A stretch of DNA of 44,007 nucleotides, taken from positions 1 through 44,007 of the IMG/VR virus record IMGVR_UViG_3300031519_000048; one strand, 5' to 3'. The notes under the pieces are model-generated. The model did not search any database. It saw only the letters and a list, made by a program, of their open reading frames with translations, and was not told where the DNA came from. A program made the translations under genes and the position numbers. Each line of letters opens with the position of its first letter. Position 1 is the stretch's first letter. This document shows positions 10,201 through 18,100 of this stretch, in pieces. The stretch is from a virus. Lineage: Duplodnaviria; Caudoviricetes.

Positions 10201-10915
10201 CACTATTGATACACTAGACGGTCCTTTAATATTATCATCAGTAACTGAATTGTTTAATATTGATACTAATCCTGGATTAGTAGTTGCTAAAGGTACTACA
10301 CTACAACAGTCGAATATTTCTTCAGATATAAGATATAATACAAATACAAATATATTTGAAGGATACAGTACTGGCGGAATAAGTTTTGGCGGAATATATT
10401 CAACTGATAGACAAACAAATATACTTGCACATCCTACAAATAATACTTTATTGTTTAGAGCAGATAATATACAAACAGCAGAAGTACATCATTATGGTTT
10501 AAAATTAAACGGTTTACTAAACAACGATATATTCTTTAATAATAACTCTATTGTTAGTACACTGTCAAATTCAGATATTGAATTACGCCGTAGTGATGAT
10601 GCTGTATTAAATATTTTTGACATTGACGTTCTTGATAATACGCTTACAAACAAAACAAATAATGCATTAGTTATAGCTAATACAGGTCGAGGATATGCTA
10701 AATTTAATGCTACTACAGGTTTAGTAATACCATACGGAACAACTGCTGAACGTCCGGGGTCACCACAAGTAGGTGATACTAGGTGGAATACTGAGTTAGA
10801 AATTTTAGAAGTTTTTTCGGGTGTTTTTTGGCAACGGGCTGCTGGTGAAGGCGAAAGTGTAACAGAAGATGTTCTTAAAGAACTTGTTGATATATACACC
10901 CTTGTATTGGGATAA
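7241..10915 (+). CDS. Large fibre/baseplate-type protein: pectin-lyase-like beta-helix scaffold with an inserted 7-bladed FG-GAP beta-propeller
   Basis: N-terminus is paralogous to ORF 11050; FYVS..GSD...G...AFRTLKHAL...PGEYEEEFPL beta-helix entry; seven FG.SVAI.G.YAIVGA...SGKAYIF repeats. Confidence 0.75.
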   Translation: MSESQNGRIGGGVLADNLLRQGVNLSFETDLLYLDVNSQRIGINTDSPGDALSVSTLIQTTGLVGTYANVATFELDTSRINNISGDINLNAANEIFATAIATEDLKIDFNRISTTTNNTNIDIRPDGIGVVNIRSNWNISGNLHSTGNITFSGNLVLGDSDEDSVTFESDVNSDLVPDQTNVSALGSATKQWRAIYSDLLNGLRIELDSITVNDTSLVTRQGNMFYVSTLGSDTNVGDHQHGAFRTLKHALAQSDGSTSGPTAIHIFPGEYEEEFPLTVPSHVSITGEDIRNTIIKPTLATKYNNAFLVEDSVTIENITIKDFYNSSTLEIASSDVIDNPSAVGGDWFGRAVAVDGDYAIVGAYREDAVGYNDSGKAYIYNVTTGALVHTLDNPNTGDALSDEFGYSVAISSNYAIVGARRTDDAGGSESGKAYIFNVTTGALVHTLDNPNRYSTSAGDEFGYSVAISGNYAIVGSSLDGTAGTIFEESGVAYIFNVTTGALVHTLDNPSSLKQFDLFGYSVAIDGNYAIVGAIGEEDAGGTYSGKAYIYDVTTGALLHTLDNPTAFTSQSDQFGGSVAISGNYAIVGAKYADDAGGNNSGNAYIFNVTTGALVHILDNPNDYGTGTSDNFGQSVAISGNYAIVGAWQEDDGGTGLGTQGGTGLSSGKAYIFNVVTGDLLQTLDNPNAYNTSASDFFGYAVAISGEHVIVGVPLEDVLGSSSNGKAYTYNLLITEEDRYAFRFTPGGLVNTRSPYIRNVSVITKGSIISADDPRGFNAGNAGGGAYIDGSVLDSSSLEASMLFHSVTFITPGVDCITMTNGVRVEWLNSFTYFANRGLYATQGITGKVMPDTSTRYGAELRSIGSACVYGNYGAVADGANTLMYLVGHNFGYVGVGANTSNDNTLSVQSQETTQLNLGKIYYTSTNENGTFKVGDAFFVDFETGITSIDASAVNFSGVSNITIQNGLDVTYIDGSRVDTGNIRISGNTIDTLDGPLILSSVTELFNIDTNPGLVVAKGTTLQQSNISSDIRYNTNTNIFEGYSTGGISFGGIYSTDRQTNILAHPTNNTLLFRADNIQTAEVHHYGLKLNGLLNNDIFFNNNSIVSTLSNSDIELRRSDDAVLNIFDIDVLDNTLTNKTNNALVIANTGRGYAKFNATTGLVIPYGTTAERPGSPQVGDTRWNTELEILEVFSGVFWQRAAGEGESVTEDVLKELVDIYTLVLG
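8275..9430 (+). repeat. Seven tandem FG-GAP propeller blades (~55-60 aa each)
   Basis: Protein repeats are visible, with exact DNA copies such as 31 nt at 8442-8472 = 8613-8643 and 29 nt at 8390-8418 = 8735-8763. Confidence 0.9.
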
Positions 10916-10928
10916 TCCTTAAAAACGA

Positions 10929-10934
10929 TAAATA
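10929..10934 (+). promoter_or_regulatory. Late promoter box
   Basis: GATAAATA upstream of the ~110-nt leader of ORF 11050. Confidence 0.6.
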
Positions 10935-10940
10935 GTATTA

Positions 10941-11049
10941 ATGGGGGCATAAGTTGACCAACTCCCCCAGATCAAACTGTGGGCACCAGCAAAGAGCGCA
11001 AGCTGAAAATTTGGTGAGAGGGACAGGATCCCCGTATTAAGGAGCAACG
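10941..11049 (+). ncRNA. Putative structured cis-regulatory leader of ORF 11050
   Basis: GC-rich intergenic segment with the TGGGGG/CCCCCA hairpin and nested GATC/GATC, CTGT/ACAG, CACC/GGTG and CAGC/GCTG pairings ending at the SD. Confidence 0.5.
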
Positions 11050-14000
11050 ATGGCTATTGGTCGTATTAGTGGTCCGCTCTTAAAAGCAAACTTGCTCCGT
11101 CAAGGGGTACCGCTAGCTTTTGAGAATGACCTACTTTACTTGGATGTTAATAACAGCCGAATTGGTATAAACACCAGTAATCCTCAATACGACTTAGACG
11201 TATCCGGAACTACACGATCAACTGGATTAGAAGTTAGTAACTTTGCTAACATTGCAGATATTACCATTTCAGGTAATACTATACAAACTTCACAACCAAG
11301 ACTAACATTAGGTACAGCAGACAACGTTGTTTATCAAAATAAATTAATTGTTGATAGTTTTGATATTGAAGGTAATACAATATCAACTAATGCAACTAAT
11401 GCTAATATTGAACTTGCTCCAAACGGAACTGGCTCTGTAGAAATCTTTAGTAATACAAATGTATATGGTAATATTGTTGCAACAGGCAACATTACTGCTG
11501 ACGGTAACATCACCATTGGCGATGCAGATACAGATAATGTTACATTTAATGCAGAAATTGCAAGTAATATTATTCCAGATGTAAATTCAACATATGACTT
11601 AGGGTCAGCTGATAAAATTTGGAAAGACATTTATACTGAAAACTTTTATGCAGGTACGGTCTCTGCATTAGCGTTAACTGTTGACGGCGTTGATTTAGCA
11701 CTTCGTCAAGGAAACATATGGTATGTTTCAGAAAACGGTGACGACTCGTATAGTGGCGATCACCCTAATGATACGTTTGGTACACTGAAGTATGCCCTAA
11801 CACAAGCAACCAGCGGCGACACTGTACACATTTACCCAGGTGTGTATCAAGAAGAATTTCCAATGACTGTTCCTATAGGCGTTACTGTAAAAGGCCACAG
11901 CATAAGAAGCGTTAACATTACACCAACGCCTGCTACACAAAGCAATGATGCGTTTTTATTAAATGGCGAAGTTACCATTGAAGATATAACTGTTAAAGAT
12001 TTCTATACAGGATACGCATTTAAATTTGCACCAAATTTTAAAGTAACAACACGCAGTCCTTACATTAGAAACGTAAGTGTTATTACAAGAGGATCAGTTA
12101 CAAGTGCAGGCGACCCCAACGGATTTGATGCCGGTGATGCCGGTAAAGGTGCATACTTAGACGGCGCAGTAGCACTATCAACTTCAAACGAAGCAAGTTG
12201 TTTATTCCATTCGGTAACATTTATTACCCCAGGTGTTGATGCAATTACAATGACTAATGGTGTTAGAGTAGAATGGCTTAACAGCTTTACATACTTTGCT
12301 AACCGTGGCCTTTATGCATTTGATGGTGCAACAGGATTAAAGGGCGCAGGCAAGACGAATGTTAGAGTTAGCGGATTAACTGGTACAATTGTTAACGGAA
12401 ATACATTTAGTTATTACGATACAGACGGACTAACAGTTCTTGCAACTGGAACTATCAACGGTGTTGACACCGATGGTAAATTTTATGTTAATGGAAATTT
12501 AACAGGGTTAGAAGTTGCTGCAACACGTGGCGGCAAAACTGTTTCGTTATCTGGCGATGCTGCATTAAGTACTACACAAAAAAAATACGGCTCTGCAAGT
12601 TTATTATTAGACGGCACTGGGGATTATTTAACCATACCCTCAACTGACGATTTTGGCTTTGGTACTGGTGACTTTACAGTTGAAGGATATTTTAGATTTA
12701 ATAGTGTAGCTGCTACACAAAACTTATTTGATTTTAGAGCAGGAGCTGCTTCAGATGTTGCACCAGTAGTGTATATCAATGCTGGTGGACAATTACGGTA
12801 CTATTCTTATAATGCAGATAGAATTACTGGCGCTACACTTACAACTGGTATATGGTATCACATTGCAGTAAGTAGAAGCGGCACAACAACAAGAATGTTT
12901 GTAAATGGTGTACTTCAGGGTGCATGGAGTGCAGCAACTGACTATGGTGTTGCAAAACCTTTAAGAGTAGGTGCAGACTGGAACACCGCAAATACAGTTA
13001 ACGGTTATGTTGATGAAGTTAGAATTAGCAAAGGTATTGCAAGATACACCGCAGCATTTGGTGCGTTAGTAGCAGCGTTTGTTAGTGATGTATATACACA
13101 GTTGCTACTACACCTTGACGGATTAGATACAAGTACAACAATAGACGACGATACATTAGCTGCACAAGATATTCGTTTTAGCAACGGCGCAACAGCAACA
13201 TATGTAACGCTTGCTAACACTACTGACTTTGGCGCCGAATTACGTGCTATTGGAAGTGCATGTGTATATGGTAACTACGGAGTTTACGGCGACGGCAGCG
13301 GCGTATTAATGTATCTAGTTAGTCAAAACTTAGCATACATTGGCAACGGTAAAGAGTTTGACAATGAACAACTTACAGTTATACAAGTAAACGAAGTTGT
13401 TGAACTAAACAACGCAAAGATTAGATATACATCAGTAGACCAACAAGGTGATTTTAGAGTTGGCGATTTATTTTATGTTGATCAACAAACTGGTACAGTT
13501 AACTTTACTAGTGCATCGTTTAATATAGAAACAACAACCGGAATCACAATTACTACAGGCGGCGACACTACTACTATCACTGGCGATAGAATCGACACTG
13601 GTAATTTACGCATTAGTGGAAACACTATCGAAAGTTTAAGTGGTGATATTAATTTAGACTCAGCTAGCGGTATAGTAAAAATAACTTCAACCGGTGCATT
13701 ACAATTACCAACAGGTGACACTGCAAGTAGACCTACTGCGCAGTTAGGTATGATTCGTTATAATACTGATACAAATTTGTATGAAGGTTATGACGGCAAT
13801 TGGATTGCACTTAACGGTGTTTATGATTTAGATCTTAACACATACATTACTGCTGAATTAACGCCTGGCGCAAATGACGATACTATACGATTTTATACTG
13901 ATGGACAACTAAGGGTTGACATTACTAGTGTAAGATTAAACACACCAAGAATTGAAGTTGATGACATTGCAATAGACGGTAACGTTATTGAAACTACAAC

Positions 14001-14361
14001 TACCAACACAGATTTAGTATTGTCAGCAAATGGAACCGGCGCAGTTGTTATTGACGAAATTGCAATAAAAGATAGTACTATTACAAACAGAACAGTTGAT
14101 GGCGTAATGAACTTTAACCAAACTGGTGACGGCTATTTTAAAATTGCTGGCACAAACGGTATAGTACTTCCAGTAGGAACAAGCGCACAACGTCCTGGCT
14201 CAGCGTTTAGAGAAACAGGAATGACTCGTTATAATACAGAACAAGGTTATTTAGAAATTTGGGACGGTACAAGTTGGGTTTCAGTTGCTGGTGCAACAGG
14301 ATCTATTACATTTTCAGCCGCAGAAGATCTTGCAATTGAATACGTACTAACATTAGGATAA
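11050..14361 (+). CDS. Large fibre/baseplate-type protein, paralogue of 7241, with an inserted LamG/concanavalin-A-like domain
   Basis: Shares blocks such as TRSPYIRNVSVIT and ITMTNGVRVEWLNSFTYFANRGLYA with 7241; LamG signature DGTGDYL...DFTVE...WYHIAVSRSG...GYVDEVRISKG.ARY. Confidence 0.75.
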   Translation: MAIGRISGPLLKANLLRQGVPLAFENDLLYLDVNNSRIGINTSNPQYDLDVSGTTRSTGLEVSNFANIADITISGNTIQTSQPRLTLGTADNVVYQNKLIVDSFDIEGNTISTNATNANIELAPNGTGSVEIFSNTNVYGNIVATGNITADGNITIGDADTDNVTFNAEIASNIIPDVNSTYDLGSADKIWKDIYTENFYAGTVSALALTVDGVDLALRQGNIWYVSENGDDSYSGDHPNDTFGTLKYALTQATSGDTVHIYPGVYQEEFPMTVPIGVTVKGHSIRSVNITPTPATQSNDAFLLNGEVTIEDITVKDFYTGYAFKFAPNFKVTTRSPYIRNVSVITRGSVTSAGDPNGFDAGDAGKGAYLDGAVALSTSNEASCLFHSVTFITPGVDAITMTNGVRVEWLNSFTYFANRGLYAFDGATGLKGAGKTNVRVSGLTGTIVNGNTFSYYDTDGLTVLATGTINGVDTDGKFYVNGNLTGLEVAATRGGKTVSLSGDAALSTTQKKYGSASLLLDGTGDYLTIPSTDDFGFGTGDFTVEGYFRFNSVAATQNLFDFRAGAASDVAPVVYINAGGQLRYYSYNADRITGATLTTGIWYHIAVSRSGTTTRMFVNGVLQGAWSAATDYGVAKPLRVGADWNTANTVNGYVDEVRISKGIARYTAAFGALVAAFVSDVYTQLLLHLDGLDTSTTIDDDTLAAQDIRFSNGATATYVTLANTTDFGAELRAIGSACVYGNYGVYGDGSGVLMYLVSQNLAYIGNGKEFDNEQLTVIQVNEVVELNNAKIRYTSVDQQGDFRVGDLFYVDQQTGTVNFTSASFNIETTTGITITTGGDTTTITGDRIDTGNLRISGNTIESLSGDINLDSASGIVKITSTGALQLPTGDTASRPTAQLGMIRYNTDTNLYEGYDGNWIALNGVYDLDLNTYITAELTPGANDDTIRFYTDGQLRVDITSVRLNTPRIEVDDIAIDGNVIETTTTNTDLVLSANGTGAVVIDEIAIKDSTITNRTVDGVMNFNQTGDGYFKIAGTNGIVLPVGTSAQRPGSAFRETGMTRYNTEQGYLEIWDGTSWVSVAGATGSITFSAAEDLAIEYVLTLG

Positions 14362-14365
14362 GAAC

Positions 14366-14695
14366 ATGGCAGCAACATTTAGAAACAAAGTAGTAAAAGA
14401 AGTAGGACCTGTTCCTATATTAGCAATAGAAACTGACGAAAATACTCGTTCTACATTAGTAGGTTTAAGTTTAGCAAATCTAAGCGAGACCATTGTTTAT
14501 GTTAGCGTGTTAGTACACGATGATACTAGCGTCGAAGGTTATTTTATGAAAGATGTTATGGTTCCGCCTAACTCAAGTTTACGTGCATTGAGTGCAGGAG
14601 AAAAATTAATTCTTGCACCAAGTAATCAATTATATCTAGTAGCTGATCAAGAAGAAGCAATTGATGCTGTTATCAGTTATGTAGATATTGTATAA
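14366..14695 (+). CDS. Small beta-sandwich virion adaptor protein
   Basis: MAATFRNK...GLSLAN...VPPNSSL...EKLIL...ISYVDI; similar to 6264 and 26519. Confidence 0.6.
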   Translation: MAATFRNKVVKEVGPVPILAIETDENTRSTLVGLSLANLSETIVYVSVLVHDDTSVEGYFMKDVMVPPNSSLRALSAGEKLILAPSNQLYLVADQEEAIDAVISYVDIV

Positions 14696-14708
14696 GGAAT
14701 AAAAAAAT

Positions 14709-15083
14709 ATGTCAGCAAATTATACAGGGTTTAGTCCAGATAGCATATTAGGTGCTATGCAAAATAGATTTTTTTACGGGCTACGTAGAACAGACCAAGG
14801 CGAACTGTTTGCAGGTAAACTTGATCAGTTAAGCAATAACGACACTATAGCAGTTAATAATCCAGGCGCACCAGAAGATAACTTTTCAAACTTCTCAGAA
14901 GGACAAGATTTTTACGAAGGTAGAGATATTAATCATGAAATAGTTTATAAAAACTTATCATATGAGCAATTCCGCTGGGACGATAGAAATATTTACTATT
15001 ATGTAAACGCAGAAGGCGAATTGGTAGTAAGAATAAATCAAAAGTTTGTTTATGACGAAAACTCGTCATCAAGCGGACAATAA
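14709..15083 (+). CDS. Hypothetical virion protein
   Basis: TAAGGA SD; intact ORF inside the structural cluster. Confidence 0.55.
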   Translation: MSANYTGFSPDSILGAMQNRFFYGLRRTDQGELFAGKLDQLSNNDTIAVNNPGAPEDNFSNFSEGQDFYEGRDINHEIVYKNLSYEQFRWDDRNIYYYVNAEGELVVRINQKFVYDENSSSSGQ

Positions 15084-15087
15084 ATAC
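15081..15087 (+). promoter_or_regulatory. Late promoter box overlapping the upstream stop codon
   Basis: ATAAATAC before ATG 15109. Confidence 0.5.
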
Positions 15088-15108
15088 AGTAGTTAGACTG
15101 GGAACATT

Positions 15109-18100
15109 ATGGCAGATTTTAGATTAGATAGAATAAAATTCCGTTGGAAAAGCACTTGGACAAGCGGATCAACATATACAAAGGATGATATCGTTTCTTA
15201 TAACGGTAAAGCATTTGTATGTTTACAAGGGCACACTGCTTCAGAAAACTTTTATACTGACAAATATAGCGACGGCGAAGAAACATTTGTTGTAACAGTA
15301 GCAGTTGATACATTAAATTCAAAACCTAACGGACACTTCTATATAGACGGTGAGGAAAATCCTACATTAACCTTATTACAAGGCAGGACTTACACATTTA
15401 ATCAATCAGATATTAGTAATATTGAATTTAACAATGAAATACATCCGTTATTGCTCAGTAACTTACTTAATGGTGAATTAGCTGGAGCTTCGAGGTATGA
15501 TGTTAATGTTACATATTACTTAGACGAGGCTCTAGTTACTGCTGATACGTATCTTATAGATTTTACAGAAGCGACTACTAGATATGTTGTTATAACTGTT
15601 CCAGCAAGTTCGCCAGCACAAATTTTTTACTATAGTCCGTTTAATGAAAATATGGGCGGAGCAATGAACACTCGATATAATTCTCAATGGGAATTAATGT
15701 TTGATGGTTATACATGGAAAGGCGCCTGGACTATTTCTACATTTTACTCAGAAGGTAATATTGTAAAATTTAAAGGATATTTATATCAGTGTGTTAATTC
15801 TCATACATCAGTTGCAGTATCAACTATTGGATTGCCGAGTGATATTTTAAACTGGAAAGTATATGCTACGACTTTCAATTGGTTGAATACCTGGCAGACA
15901 TCATCATATTATGATTTAGGTGACGTTATTAGATATAACGGGTTAACTTATATATGTGCTATTAAACATACAAGTGCTGCAACTGCAACATTAGGGTTGG
16001 AAGCAAATATTGCAAATTGGGAAGTTGTAACTAGATCAGATAATTGGAGATACAACTGGACACCCTCTACTCGATATATACTTGACGATGTAGTTCGTTA
16101 CGGCGCAATACAATATCGTTGTGTATTAGGACATACTTCAGCAGCAACCGAAGAAGATGGATTAGAAGTTGATATAGGAAACTGGGAGACAGTTTCGTCA
16201 GGTGTTGACTATAAGACAAACTGGATTTCAGGATTTAGATATAAATCTAACGATATAGTCAAATACGGCGGCTCGTTATGGATAGCGTTAGAAGGCCACA
16301 CTTCTTCAATAGGTGAAGAAGATCTTCGAGCTGATGAAGCATTTTGGTCAATATGGGTTCCGGGCTTAGAATTTGACGGACTATGGCAAGTTAACGTAGA
16401 ATATCAAGTAGGCGATATTGTATTACATCGTGGTTATTCTTATACTGCATTACAAAATAATGCAGCGTCAGTGCCTAGTGTAAATGGAATTTTACAGGAC
16501 ACAGGCGATTGGGAATTATTAACAACCGGTTATAACCATAGAGGCGAATGGGATCCGCTTATACCTTATTATACCGGCGACGTTGTTAGAAATAGTGGAT
16601 ACTTATATATTTCTGTAGCAGACTCTACTGGAACATATCCTGATAGTAATCCGGCAATATGGCAAATTTTAGTAACTGGAAGTCACTGGAGAGCAGAGTG
16701 GGAAGATAATGTAGAGTATTTCTTAGGAGACATTGTAACATATGCAAGTACTGCGTATATTTGTATTAGTCGACATGCGTCGACTCAAAGTGATAGCCGT
16801 CCTGATTTAGACCAAGAGTTAGATCAAGCCGACTATTGGACTCTTTTAATACAAGGTTCTCCGGCTAACCAATTAACTAATCAAGGCGACTTAAAAGTTT
16901 ATGATACAATTGATACTAGACTAGCAATTGGATCTTTTGGACAAACATTAACTGTTGATAGTTCTGGTATCCCAACTTGGATATCTAATTCCGTAGTAAC
17001 TAATGTATACTACGTAAGCGTAGAAGGTGTTGATAATTTAACTGCTGGCACGCAACCGTCATCGCCTTTTAGAACAGTAAAGTATGCATGTGACTATATC
17101 TTAGAAGATGTTCTAACTCGAACACCTGCAACTGTGTTTATTAAAACAGGGTTCTATGAAGAAATATTGCCAATTAGCGTTCCGACAGATGTTGCATTAG
17201 TTGGTGACGAGCTTAGAAGTACTGTTATATCACCAGCACCAACATACGAAGGTTCTGACATGTTTTATGTTCGTAATGGCTCGGGTATACGTAATATGAC
17301 ATTGCAAGGATTATTTGGATCATTAGGTGCACCTAACGACTATCTAACTAGAAGACCAGGTGGTGGTGCGTTTGTCTCACTTGATCCAGGCGAAGGTGTT
17401 GATGATGTTAACGTACATATTACATCTAAATCTCCCTATATACAAAACGTAAGTACGTTTGGTACTGGTTGCACTGGTATGAAAATTGACGGAGCACTAC
17501 ATAGTGCCGGTAATAAATCAATTGTAGCAAACGACTTTACGCAAATTATCAGTGATGGTATCGGTTATTGGGCCGAAGCCGGTGGCCGCTCAGAACTTGT
17601 TTCAGTGTTTACTTACTTCTGTCATATCGGTTATCTTGCAGAATCAGGCGGTATTTTAAGAGCTACAAACGGCAACAATTCATACGGTGAATACGGATCA
17701 GTTGCTGAAGGGTTTAGCTTAATTGAAGAACCAATTACTGCAAATGCAAACAACCGTAGCAAACAAGCACAATTTAGCGAAGCAATTACATACGGTACAA
17801 ATGAACAAACAATTATTGCAATTGCTTACAGTAATGCAGGCAGAGAATATAGTTCGGCAACTGCTACATTTGGCGGAAGTGGAATTAATGCCGCGTCGAC
17901 CTTTACAGAATTTAGAGACGGAGCTATATCTAAAATTAGAGTTATAGACCCAGGCGACTCAAGTAGAGCAGGCGGTTTAAATTATACATATGTAGTTAAC
18001 AGTGCTCAAACCGGCAACGATGGTGAAATATACTTATCTCAAGCAGATGTTGGCACCGAAGCACTGTATGTAGGACAACGCCTAGTAATTATTACTGGTT

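Noticed and set aside
10941-11049. tRNA or a named riboswitch/ribozyme
   Set aside because: No cloverleaf or T-loop, and no consensus core I can recognise; kept only as an unnamed structured leader.
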